This document shows, piece by piece, positions 10,501-17,965 of a DNA stretch of 38,334 nt. The DNA is from Bifidobacteriaceae bacterium (GTDB lineage: Bacteria; Actinomycetota; Actinomycetes; Actinomycetales; WQXJ01). A model generated the notes under the pieces. The model did no database searches. It was not told where the DNA came from and was given only the letters and a program-made list of their open reading frames with translations. The stretch is from positions 1-38,334 of the forward strand of contig JAISBQ010000025.1 in NCBI GenBank assembly GCA_031266115.1. Reading direction: 5' to 3'. The translations under genes and the position numbers were made by a program. The first letter of the stretch is position 1. Every line of letters begins with the position of its first letter.

Positions 10501-13500
10501 TACGGCGGTCACCGTGCCGATCAATGCGGTGAGGCCAGTGACGCCCACGTCGACGACCGTGTCCCCGGATCGTGTCGAGGTCACCGAGAAGGTGTAATCT
10601 CCGGCATCGTCCCCGGTCAGTGCGGTGATGGTGCCAAATCCGACACCCGTGGCCGGGGTCGGATCGTGCGTGATCCGATCGCTCGCATCGCGAACCCGGT
10701 TCCCGTTGGCGTCACGCAGTTCCACCCGCACGGTGTGATAGTCGGTGCCGTTGGCGATCTTGGATCCAGGGGTGATGTAGACGTGGGACATCCCGGGATC
10801 CGGGTCGCCAGGGACGAATTCGACCGAGACGGGCGAGCCGCTCAGCGCCTCGGGTGTCCCCTGCGCACCCAGGACGGTCGCGGAGACCTGGTAGGTGTCG
10901 GACTCGGTGGCCGTGACGCGGATGGTGCAGGTGCCGTCCGTGCCTGTCTGGCATGTGGTCGCGGACAAGGCTGCTCCGGTCGCGCCGTCCAGCGAGAAGG
11001 TGACGGTCTGGCCGGCCAGAACCCGTGCGTCGTCACTGCGGATCAAGGCGGTCACCTCGTGATACTCGGCGCCGTCGGCCACACGCGTGCCGGACGTTCC
11101 GGTGACTTCCGAGGCGTCCCCCACCGGCGCCTTCGCGTGAGTCAAGACACAGAAGATGTCCTGGCCGGCAGCCGTCAAGCTGCCAGGCAGCGTGATGGTG
11201 GTGGCGTCGATGGTCCCAGGAGACACCACCTCCTCGGCCTGGTTCCAGCACGAGACCGCGCTGAGCCCCCATCCGGCCGGGGCGGAGGTCCTCGTGATAG
11301 TCACCGGTTCCCCCGCAGTGGCCACAATGTGTGTGGCATCCGACCGGACAAGCTCCTCGGGGGCGGTCGTGGTGATCATGTCGGTCGCCGAGGACGGGGC
11401 GGCGGATCGGACGTTGTCGAGGGTGAACGCGAAGGGTCCAGCGGCGTACTGCTTGGTGATCACCGCCAGGCGCACCACGCTTGGCGCCACGTAGGCCCGG
11501 TAGTCCTCGACTTCACCGTCGTTGACCCACGCCACGGTGTCCGCCTGCGTTGAACCCGGTGCAGGAATGGTTGATGCGGCATCGGTGGCGCCGACGCCTT
11601 GCTTGGTGGACAGACGGTAGCGGGCATAGACCTCCGCTGTCGGTCCAGCGGGCAGCGCCTCCGGCACCGTCCACTCGAACGAGAACTCGTCGCCGCCCAT
11701 GACCTGGGCGTCGAACGCGTGAGTGTCCGGCCACGCCGTCGCGGAAGCGCCGGCCGCGGTCTGCGGGGCGAGCCATGCGCGCAACCACGACCCCGCCGTC
11801 GGATCGCCCGAGACACGGGCCGTCAACTCATACCTGTTACCACTGGCCAACACAGCTCCGCTCAGCGGCACGTCCCGCATAGCGATGCGTACGCTCACGC
11901 CATCGTCGGTGGAGTGTCCGGTCGCGGCCGCGGAGGGTGCGGCATCGTTCGGAGGTGCCGGCGTCTCCCCCAGCCACATCCTGGCGCGGACCGGTCCCGT
12001 CAGATGGCTGGGGCCATTGCGCTGCGCAGTGGTCCCAAAGCTGTCCGGCGCGTCACCCCAGGACGATGCCGTCGTGACGCCAAAGCTCGCCACGGCCACC
12101 TCGCTCGATGTCACCATGTGCACGGTGGTGCGAATCCCGGCGGCGTTGAGGTTCCCTGCCACTCCCGAGGTGGGATCGATGCCATCGAGACGAGCGCCCC
12201 GGCACGGCCCCGATTCGGTCCGCTCCGCCGATGGCGCTCCACCGGCCTCGCAGTGGGCCGTCACCGCGTTCGCATGCACGGCGTCCGCGCTCGCCCACGT
12301 TTGACCGGCATTGCGACCGTTCACCTGCGGCTGGACCAGACGGACCGTGAATTCGGTGTTGACGGCGTTGAGAATGAAGGAATACTGGCCGGCCCCATCG
12401 GTGGTTCGCTCGCCGACCTTGGCGCCATCGGTGCCATACATCTCGATCGTGGCCCCCGGCACAACGCCCTCGGCCTCCGATACGGCGCCGTCGCCATCGA
12501 CATCGTTGTAGACCACACCGCGGACCACCGGCGCCGTCTGGCACGTCGCCAAGTCGAGGTAGCCGGTTCCTGGGATATCGCCGAGGCTGCGCGCCACGCC
12601 GGACACGGGATCGATGGCGAAGAGGTTGCCCGTCGATCCCCCGAACGCATACAACGTGCCGTTGTAGAACGCCATGCCCCACACATCGTTACTGGTGAAG
12701 GGGCTAGCACCGCCGCCGGCTCCCGTCAGCTGAACCACCTTGGAATACCGCCAATCGCCGGCCTCCCCTGGCACAACCCGCACCAACCACTTGGTGCTCC
12801 CGCTCCCCACCAACAGATAGACGTTGCCTTCGGCGTCAACGGCCATGTCCGAGGCGACTCGGCCGGCGGACTGGCCGGACAACTCATCGGACGGAGTATT
12901 GGGCACCAGCGGGCCCGATTGGACATAGGGGTGGGCCGGATCGACCGGGTCATATTTCATCAACCGGTAGTTCCCCGACAGGTAGGTGTCCTCGAAGCCC
13001 GAGAAGTAGATCTCGCCGGTGATCTGGTTGGCTTCGCCGCCAGACCAGCCTTGCCCTGCGGTGGAATCCGGGCGGGGAACCGTGATCGTGTTTCCTACCG
13101 ACGCCCCGGCCGCGATGTCCAGCACCGACCGGCCGGCCGACGGCGCCGTGCCATACGCCCAGTGGTAGGCGTGGAGTAGACCATCGCCGCCGCGCTCGAG
13201 TGGGGCGGGCCCCACGGCCATCGTGTCCATGTCGTGAGACGACCGGTAGAGCGCGGTGGGCACTGGGGAGGCTCCCGAGACATCCAGCCGGTAGGTGTGA
13301 CTCGACGACACGAGGTACAGGTCGTCACAGTTGAGGTTGGTGTCGAGCACACCACCGCTGGGCGCGGTCACGGCGATCTCTGCCGCCTGAGCTGCATCGA
13401 CGTCGCCAACCAGACTCGCCACACCGTAGGTTCCAGCGGCGATGGCTCCGGCCACCGCCATCGCGAGTGCCTTGCGGGGGGTCAGGACAGGCGAAAAAGA

Positions 13501-13524
13501 ACCTCGCCGGAGGGGACTACTCAT
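4513..13524 (-). CDS. giant (3,003 aa) cell-wall-anchored surface adhesin: signal peptide, SdrD-B/Cna-B-like module, GEVED-type domain, SpaA-like module, 15 Big_1 (invasin/intimin-type) Ig repeats, 5 small Ig modules, LAKTG sorting signal
   Basis: ORF track 4513..13629. Start moved to ATG 13524 (MSSPLRRGSFSPVLTPRKALAMAVAGAIAAGTYGVASLVG is a signal peptide; GGAG lies 8 nt upstream). Domain motifs seen: VVRGVVYNDVDGDGAVSEAEGVVPGATIEMYGTDGAKVGERTTDGAGQYSF; SWGDAPDSFG...NDGEVEDY; and the recurrent ...ANGTDYHTVRVELRDANGNRV... repeats (15 by my count). The C-terminus is LAKTG (4618-4632) followed by a hydrophobic helix and RRRRQDG. Confidence 0.9.
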   Translation of the reverse strand: MSSPLRRGSFSPVLTPRKALAMAVAGAIAAGTYGVASLVGDVDAAQAAEIAVTAPSGGVLDTNLNCDDLYLVSSSHTYRLDVSGASPVPTALYRSSHDMDTMAVGPAPLERGGDGLLHAYHWAYGTAPSAGRSVLDIAAGASVGNTITVPRPDSTAGQGWSGGEANQITGEIYFSGFEDTYLSGNYRLMKYDPVDPAHPYVQSGPLVPNTPSDELSGQSAGRVASDMAVDAEGNVYLLVGSGSTKWLVRVVPGEAGDWRYSKVVQLTGAGGGASPFTSNDVWGMAFYNGTLYAFGGSTGNLFAIDPVSGVARSLGDIPGTGYLDLATCQTAPVVRGVVYNDVDGDGAVSEAEGVVPGATIEMYGTDGAKVGERTTDGAGQYSFILNAVNTEFTVRLVQPQVNGRNAGQTWASADAVHANAVTAHCEAGGAPSAERTESGPCRGARLDGIDPTSGVAGNLNAAGIRTTVHMVTSSEVAVASFGVTTASSWGDAPDSFGTTAQRNGPSHLTGPVRARMWLGETPAPPNDAAPSAAATGHSTDDGVSVRIAMRDVPLSGAVLASGNRYELTARVSGDPTAGSWLRAWLAPQTAAGASATAWPDTHAFDAQVMGGDEFSFEWTVPEALPAGPTAEVYARYRLSTKQGVGATDAASTIPAPGSTQADTVAWVNDGEVEDYRAYVAPSVVRLAVITKQYAAGPFAFTLDNVRSAAPSSATDMITTTAPEELVRSDATHIVATAGEPVTITRTSAPAGWGLSAVSCWNQAEEVVSPGTIDATTITLPGSLTAAGQDIFCVLTHAKAPVGDASEVTGTSGTRVADGAEYHEVTALIRSDDARVLAGQTVTFSLDGATGAALSATTCQTGTDGTCTIRVTATESDTYQVSATVLGAQGTPEALSGSPVSVEFVPGDPDPGMSHVYITPGSKIANGTDYHTVRVELRDANGNRVRDASDRITHDPTPATGVGFGTITALTGDDAGDYTFSVTSTRSGDTVVDVGVTGLTALIGTVTAVFDADDPLPGNSSLTVDPTRLPVGETAVATARLVDANQNPVAGIRVCFSTDPEISDAITTCKVTSTAGLASVDITTLVARGYEVYASFVDRQNVTRPLTGSPTTVVFEPLDPDGGTTTLTGTDSETRKTGGQAYHEATVTARDIHGNPVPGAPVLFALEPGIGSLTPDSSLSGVTVADGTYTIKIVSASTAGTAYVTAMFGRPSGTADTPVTGGAPQATRLALEFVADTVEPGESEFELSTGTRTANGIDAHAVTVTLRDANRTLVTGEEDHIEAVPTGTGGIGTGTVGPWTEISTGVYRAQITSTVWGVKTVDVSWAGETIAATDPPGTTTVEFVAGTISDPDSFFSVSTGDVIADGDLTHFHTVTVTLQDADENPITDLQGSVIEASAILAGSDPPVVATLSGFTPSAVLGVYTAHITSTVAGDFTVTVGVRTGAEVQPIRSGTANAIAHFIPGNPGGLSHLAVDRTSVRVREIITATATLLDDDGNPVRPTTVTFWTVPPIALPGNGEVTTGEGTGQAQIAITTTRAGDYQLFAAYGTPPQDVPRSPIAITFTPGNPVFGDGLTELTGSDGTRLANGVDYHTATVTVRDGDANPIPGAAVGVAVGGVGALASGQQPSGIADSGGQYTVRIVSPAFQAGTSTVEATVNGETLTDGHSADPVVVRQTFITPDVGDGSTYTLTAGTKVANGIEAHTLVVTLLSATGTPITDQAADLSALARGRDPQGDATVGDFIEGSPGVYTAPITSHATGIKDVTVTVHHTTPVRPLDPPGRTTVEFTPDRYDPDHSGYSVSQFPDVVADGAAAHKQTVTVVLGDAWNNPISGRDADLTGEARLAATPSVEATVADFGETSTPGVYEAAITSTVAGTFTVTVTLTSGTSSPDDVPAAGNILAVFVPGPPHPGTSTLEVSETDLVAGGRAVATVTARDADSNLKAGADIHLWTDPSMPGGGEWWITTGDLGTAVQEISTTQIGTYRLHAALGSSTADITGSPVDITFRPRDVDPGESAFAVSQRPDVIADGTQTQTVTITLDDEYGNPVSPLPGTITVRAVNGSDDAVPTPAVPGTTPGEYLVDLTAEVSGTYIVDVTYTPPTGTPQTIGHGASNNLAVFIAGPPDTRESVLTVTSGEVVVGSNHYATVTVRDANRNLVEGTSVRFWTVPEIAIADGGAAVSGAGGEARVALTTAEAGTYTVHASIDGEEVTASGQLTVTFVAGGTSASQSELTIPTELAPQPVIANGTDVHRAQVHVRDGDRNDKPGVVASVTVTGPDGTIRYFTTPATGTNGIAFVEFSGTVAGDYIVTATVVDDGVPTAVTGSPATATMEPGEPSVQTSTLASSREFVEANGTDAARLTVTLADAYGNLLGHGGDQVTLLTTVGTVGSITDHGDGTYTADATSSSAGSATVSFTVNGTTSAGPAPRTQVIEFIATPAAPMPRYANATTVVGTAAPGTTVTVYSPSHAEICQTETTVLGTFRCTPLSPSQPHEALLTVTATESHGFVSAPATVQVDAVPPLPPVVNPTDGTDLTGEGGDPGDTVVVINPDDGTVLCETEVDADGTFRCGPLTPRPGDGTPIEVIVVDPADNSSEPTRVVVDSAAPEPPDVDPSDGSIVYGDAEPGSHVVVRDADGVVVCEADADRDDGSWSCEPDRHVDDGEELESVAVDPAGNTSRQTIVVADQSRLPVPSVDPSNGGVIVGHGIPGYTVVVTFPGGAEARTVVDTDGRWSVTPPPGYAPVHGHELQVIHETQFNRAQVKTSPNAALVLDRLAPDRPVPTPTGGGTLSGSGEPGASVRVVSANGIELATGTVNAAGSWSVTLPTMVTVGDIVTITLTDAAGNVSVAFSLRIGLIATAADREIVTVGETVSFTVINLQPAEQSTGTVHSIPVSLGAVVGDPNGAATYAWTVPLDAELGVHTFHAVGGFSGEAVSPAFTVVAQPVVAPEAEPVPEVPQVQPSPAPLAKTGISALGAALMWWTMAVLGAGFVLILVAGRRRRQDG

Positions 13525-13687
13525 CTGGTTGCTCCGTCGCGCAGTGTGGTCAGGGTGATGGACGAAGGCGCCGTCTACCGACGGGTACCCAGGGCAGCAC
13601 CAAGGGCGACAACGCCACGCGTATGCCAAATCTATCGGTCGGGGCGCGCCGAAACCACCCGGTCTGCCGTAGAAACACTCCGGTTCC

Positions 13688-13707
13688 GCTCAGCGTCCTG
13701 GCTGAGC
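13688..13707 (-). terminator. hairpin immediately after the helicase-like gene stop
   Basis: gctcagc-gtcctg-gctgagc: 7-bp stem, 6-nt loop, 1 nt from the stop at 13709-13711. The downstream T-tract is weak (gtgtttct on the minus strand). Confidence 0.3.
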
Positions 13708-13708
13708 C

Positions 13709-16700
13709 CTAGCGGCGCGGGTCGCGAATGCCCGGGCGCATCCGCTCCAGTTCCTCCCATGCTGCGGCCACAACGGTCCGGGCCTCAGCCTCGGGATCCA
13801 TGAACACCGCTGGTGACCATGATTGGACCGTCCTCCACCCCAACCGTTCCAACTCCGCTGATCGCGTCCGTGCCTGGACCCGCACCGATGGCTCGCGGAC
13901 AAAGTCGGGATCGTCGCTCAAGACCGCAACCAGTTCCCGCTCGGGAACCGATGGATGGGACACCGCCAGGGGAATCCGTGCGCCATCGTGCATCCCGTAG
14001 CGGCTGGCCACCGTGAACCCGCGTGCCGTGATCCGGTTCGCCATATCGGCCAGCAGCGCGTCCCCGGCCCGTCCGGTGGGCGATGTCACCTCGGCCGGTG
14101 CCGCCGCAAACGCCAGAATCTCCGCAAAGAGCCTGGTTCCCGGGTCCTTGAGGCGGGCCGGGGCGAGATCGGTGGCCGCGAGGCACGACACCACCGTCAG
14201 CCGATGCCGCGCGGCCGTGAGCGCGTCCAGCAGCAGGCTGTCGCCGCCTGCCCTGCCGATCGGTCCGAAGTCGTACACCACGTGCCCGTGCGGCGTCTTG
14301 GCGAACCCCGGCGTGAAGATCACCGCGTCGCGGGCGATCCCCGCCACCTGCTCCAACCCCACCACGACCAGCGGTTCCACGTTGTCGCGGCTCCTGGCGG
14401 CCGCCAATTCGGGCACGCCGGTCGCCGCGTGGTCGATGGCGTCTTGCACCCGATCGGCGTGCCGGGAGCTGGCCGCCACGATCGCCAGCGATTCGCTGCC
14501 ACGCAGACGCACGTGCGCCACAGCCTCGCGGACCGCCGCATCCACCTCGGCATCCGCGCTTTCCACACTCGCCGATTCGGGGATCACACGGCTGACGCCC
14601 TCCACGGCCCGGAACGTCACGAGACTCCCGCGGGAGGGCAGCGGCAGTGGCCGGCCCAGCGTCGGGTATCCGTGATCGGCGAGGAACCGAGTCAAGCGGG
14701 GATCGCGGCTGGACGGTGGCGCGGGCAACGGCACCTTGGGAAGGAATTCCGCCAGCGCGGCCGCCGCCGATGACGGCCCTTCCGCCAGCCGCGCCGAGTC
14801 GCCGAAGACGAGGACTTGGGAAGCACGCGCCAGCGCGCAGACCACCTGGGCGACGGAAACCTGTCCCACAGCGTCGAGGATGACCAGATCGACCAGCGGT
14901 GCCGACACCTCGGCGAGCGGAAGGGCGAGGGGAACCAGCATGGGGCCGGTGATCCAGCACGGCCTGGCCGCCAGCGCCATGTCCGGGCACACCGCCATGA
15001 CGGTCCGTAGGGGAGTTCCAGCGCTCATCGACTCGAGCGCACCAGCCTGGCCAGGGTGGGTGCGGCGGACCTCATCCCGCCGGGCCACCACCGCTCCGCG
15101 GATCGGTCCGGGTTTGGTCGCGATGTGCGCGAGATCGAGTTCGCGATAGGAATCGATCAGTGCCGCCAGGGCGTCGCCGTTATAGGCGCTGAGCAGCGGA
15201 TCGGATTGAAGAATGAACCCGAGTACCGAACTCCACCAGGCGAGGTCGAGTTCGAATCCCGCCGACTCGGCCGCTTCGCGATCGCGCGGAGGCAACGTCT
15301 GGATGGAGGGTGCGGCATCGTCCATCTCCGCACCCGGCTCCGGCCGGGCGGGAGCCAGTCCCAGGCGGCGGTGGCGAAGATCCGCCAACAACTCCCCCAG
15401 GCCGGCGGCGCTGAGTTGCCTGGTCAACATCCGGATCTCCGGCAGGTACACGAGAGTCCCCCGCGAGGCCTGCAGGCGGTCCAGGTGGGTCGCCAAGTCC
15501 GCCAACGGCAGGGCCGTGAGCGGTGGGGCATCCTGGGCATGAGGGACGATGGCGTTCAGTGCGTCGAGGTCGGCCCGCACGGCTCGGTATTCCGCATCGA
15601 TCATCGCCATGTTGTCCGGCAGCTTGGGCCAGGCCCCGGTCGGATTCCACCGGACCCAGATCTCGCGCTGGGCCTGGAGGTGAAGGAGGGCAGCGTGCAG
15701 GTCTGGAACCACCACGCCTGGCCGCACCATGTCCTTGGCCTGTTTGCGCAGACGGTTGCGGTCCATCCGGCCCATCTCGATGCCCTGCATCTGACGCCAT
15801 TCGGCGGTCGCGGTGGCGGCAACCATCTGGTCCGGCGCTCGCTCGAACACCATCGGCTTGAATACGTCGAGCGCCTGGCGGATCCCGGCCAGCATGTCGA
15901 GCTGTTCACCCCAGGCATCCATCGAATCGGGCACCCCGAGGCCGCTCTGCTCGGACACGGCCCGCATGTGGCCACCGGTGGCCTCAAGGGCGCCGCGGCG
16001 CAGCCGGTCGAGGTGGGTGAGCGCCGCCGTGACACCGGAATCGTCGACAATGTCGGCCCGGTACCACGCCGTGTCCTCCTTGCGCAGGCGGAACGCACCA
16101 AGGGTGGCCAACCGCACGATCTGTTCGCGGGCCGCGTCGAGGCCCTGGGCGTGCAGGGCGATGGCGGCGTTCTGGTCGAGGCGGACCGCGGTACGGGTGC
16201 CAGGGCGATCGCCGGTGACCTGGGCGATGGCCTGGAGCGCATCGTAGGCCGAGATGTTCCAGGGGTCCCTGGGACCATGCAGGGCGCGGATGTATTCGGC
16301 GATCTGGCGGGAGCGTTCCGCGAGAGCGGACCTGATCTGCCTGATCCCGGCGGTATCCAGCTGTGGTGCGCCGACGTCCAAGCCGTCGCGCAGGCGTTCG
16401 ACGGCATCGCGCTGCCATCCGGGCCGCGGCTCCAGGTCGAGGATCGCCTCGCCCAGGCCGACCCCTCGCAGGATCGCGTTCACGGGATGGGAGGCACGGC
16501 GGTTGCCCGTGACGTACAGGACGGACTTGCCCGAGCCGATGGCATCGGCGATGACGGCCGCCGCGGTCGCTGCCGCAGGGGCACCCGGTGCCGCGTCGAC
16601 GAACACCGAGTGCCCGGCGGCGACGACGTCGAGGACGTGTTGCTGGGCGATGCCCAGGTCGCCGATGCCGCGCTCGTGATCCGGGGAACGGTCCGCGGTG

Positions 16701-17629
16701 ACCACGACCGGCAGATTCTGACCTGTGAATGCCCGGCGGGCTCCGCGGTCTCCCGCGAGGGCGGCCACCACGGTGCGGTTCGCCAGGACATCCTGCGCGG
16801 CGTCCAGATCCTCCACAATCAGCTGGCCGGGATGCTCGAAGACTCCGACAATCAGCTTCTCTCTGATGCGGAAGTCCGCCAACACGGTCTTGCCGAGCGC
16901 CGTCAACCGTTCCAGCACGGGGTGCGGGCTGAAGGAAAAGCCGTTGAACGCGTCAGCCGCCAATTGGGCGGCGTCGACGGGGACTCCCCGCGCGCGCAAC
17001 GCCCGGATCAGCACCGGGTTGACCTCCACCGAATGCTCCAGCGTCAACTCGATATCGCGTGGCGTGTCCGCCACGGTGATCGGACGCAGGAGCACGGGGA
17101 CGCGGCGTTGAATCGGAGCGGGAGGGGCCGGCTTGGTCAGGGGCACCACCGCCGATTCGCCGTCAGAGGCGGCGAGGTGGGGGCCGGCATCGTCGGTCAC
17201 GGGCACCGGCGGATAGTCCAGCCACAGGGCGATGCCAATGCACAGGTGGGTGGGTGGGAGGCCGTAGCGCGAGGCGTGATGGTCCGCCACCTGTTGCAGC
17301 GACCGGGCGCGAGTACGGGCAGCGGTTAAGGAGTTGCGTTCCCGGACCAGATTGGTGAGCGGGGTGCCGCGTCCCGCATAGAGCTGGGCGATTCCCGACG
17401 GATGGGCCGTCGAGATGTCCAGGACGCTGTCGCCCAGCGCGGCGATGTCGATCATCGCGTTGGCGCCACCCAGCCGCACCAATTCGACGCGCCAGCGGTT
17501 GACGGCATCGGCGACCTGCGTGAGGCGAGGGTCACGGGGCGGAACCGGGGACGGCGCAGGAGACTGGTCGGGGCCCGCAGGTTCGGGCACAGCCGCACGC
17601 CGGAGAGGATTGAAGAAGGCGGGCCGCAC
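13709..17629 (-). CDS. DUF4011 / superfamily-1 (Upf1-like) helicase-like protein with C-terminal REase-like (DUF559/MTES_1575-type) domain; ATPase motifs degenerate
   Basis: ORF track (GTG start at 17629, preceded by an in-frame TAG). The N-terminus, VNRWRVELVRLGGANAMIDIAALGDSVLDISTAHPSGIAQLYAGRGTPLTNLV...LCIGIALW, is DUF4011-like. The helicase core is recognisable, but the Walker A position reads VDAAPGAPAAAT (16571-16594) and motif II reads LVILDAVGQ...VLVFGDSARL. The C-terminus, GFTVASRYGMHDGARIPLAVSHP...ELERLGWRTVQSWSPAVFMDPE, is the REase-like module. Confidence 0.8.
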   Translation of the reverse strand: MRPAFFNPLRRAAVPEPAGPDQSPAPSPVPPRDPRLTQVADAVNRWRVELVRLGGANAMIDIAALGDSVLDISTAHPSGIAQLYAGRGTPLTNLVRERNSLTAARTRARSLQQVADHHASRYGLPPTHLCIGIALWLDYPPVPVTDDAGPHLAASDGESAVVPLTKPAPPAPIQRRVPVLLRPITVADTPRDIELTLEHSVEVNPVLIRALRARGVPVDAAQLAADAFNGFSFSPHPVLERLTALGKTVLADFRIREKLIVGVFEHPGQLIVEDLDAAQDVLANRTVVAALAGDRGARRAFTGQNLPVVVTADRSPDHERGIGDLGIAQQHVLDVVAAGHSVFVDAAPGAPAAATAAAVIADAIGSGKSVLYVTGNRRASHPVNAILRGVGLGEAILDLEPRPGWQRDAVERLRDGLDVGAPQLDTAGIRQIRSALAERSRQIAEYIRALHGPRDPWNISAYDALQAIAQVTGDRPGTRTAVRLDQNAAIALHAQGLDAAREQIVRLATLGAFRLRKEDTAWYRADIVDDSGVTAALTHLDRLRRGALEATGGHMRAVSEQSGLGVPDSMDAWGEQLDMLAGIRQALDVFKPMVFERAPDQMVAATATAEWRQMQGIEMGRMDRNRLRKQAKDMVRPGVVVPDLHAALLHLQAQREIWVRWNPTGAWPKLPDNMAMIDAEYRAVRADLDALNAIVPHAQDAPPLTALPLADLATHLDRLQASRGTLVYLPEIRMLTRQLSAAGLGELLADLRHRRLGLAPARPEPGAEMDDAAPSIQTLPPRDREAAESAGFELDLAWWSSVLGFILQSDPLLSAYNGDALAALIDSYRELDLAHIATKPGPIRGAVVARRDEVRRTHPGQAGALESMSAGTPLRTVMAVCPDMALAARPCWITGPMLVPLALPLAEVSAPLVDLVILDAVGQVSVAQVVCALARASQVLVFGDSARLAEGPSSAAAALAEFLPKVPLPAPPSSRDPRLTRFLADHGYPTLGRPLPLPSRGSLVTFRAVEGVSRVIPESASVESADAEVDAAVREAVAHVRLRGSESLAIVAASSRHADRVQDAIDHAATGVPELAAARSRDNVEPLVVVGLEQVAGIARDAVIFTPGFAKTPHGHVVYDFGPIGRAGGDSLLLDALTAARHRLTVVSCLAATDLAPARLKDPGTRLFAEILAFAAAPAEVTSPTGRAGDALLADMANRITARGFTVASRYGMHDGARIPLAVSHPSVPERELVAVLSDDPDFVREPSVRVQARTRSAELERLGWRTVQSWSPAVFMDPEAEARTVVAAAWEELERMRPGIRDPRR

Positions 17630-17738
17630 GGCGCCAGGCTAGGTCGAAAGACCCGTCCGCGGTGGGAGGCGCGCGCGATGGCGCCGGACACGGCGGGTAA
17701 AGTGTCCCTCGCCGCGCCGCGTGCCCAGCGGCACCCCA

Positions 17739-17811
17739 GCGCCTGTAGCTCAGTGGATAGAGCATCCGCCTCCTAAGCGGAGGGTCGAGCGTTCGAATCG
17801 CTCCAGGCGCA
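17739..17811 (+). tRNA. tRNA-Arg (anticodon CCT)
   Basis: Hand-folded cloverleaf. Acceptor GCGCCTG/CAGGCGC; D arm GCTC-AGTGGATA-GAGC; anticodon arm TCCGC-CTCCTAA-GCGGA (CCT at positions 34-36); variable loop GGGTC; T arm GAGCG-TTCGAAT-CGCTC; discriminator A. CCA is not encoded. Length 73 nt. Confidence 0.9.
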
Positions 17812-17827
17812 CGGGCTCACTCTGCTC

Positions 17828-17890
17828 GCCGAGCCCAAGGCTTTGAGTCCCCGGGACGGCAAATCCACGACCCAAACCCTTGGGCTCGGC
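17828..17890 (+). terminator. 13-bp perfect inverted repeat 17 nt downstream of tRNA-Arg (terminator or processing structure)
   Basis: gccgagcccaagg (17828-17840) pairs with ccttgggctcggc (17878-17890). The loop is 37 nt. Confidence 0.3.
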
Positions 17891-17965
17891 GATAATCGCC
17901 GGTCGAGCACGTGCTGGCAGCGACGGCGATCGCGGAAGTCCTCCCGCAGGGCCTACGCTGTGGCG

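Noticed and set aside
4648-11553. Very long plus-strand ORFs antisense to the adhesin gene (for example 4648..6315 at 555 aa, 6346..7383 at 345 aa, 8419..11553 at 1044 aa).
   Set aside because: Their translations are Arg/Gly/Asp/His-rich low-complexity strings with no domain signatures. They lie exactly opposite a strongly supported 3,003-aa gene. These are typical stop-poor shadow frames of high-GC DNA.
13525-13629. The 35-codon N-terminal extension of the adhesin ORF (MAYAWRCRPWCCPGYPSVDG...).
   Set aside because: ATG 13524 has a GGAG SD and is followed directly by a canonical signal peptide. The extension looks non-coding.
15056-17329. A 757-aa plus-strand ORF antisense to the DUF4011 helicase-like gene.
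   Set aside because: It is a shadow ORF. Its composition is R/G/H/D-rich, it has no motifs, and the opposite strand carries clear family signatures.
13709-17811. A genomic island integrated at tRNA-Arg.
   Set aside because: There is no integrase or recombinase and no direct repeat of the tRNA 3' end. The accessory-looking genes lie on the 5' side of the tRNA, and tat genes follow on the 3' side.
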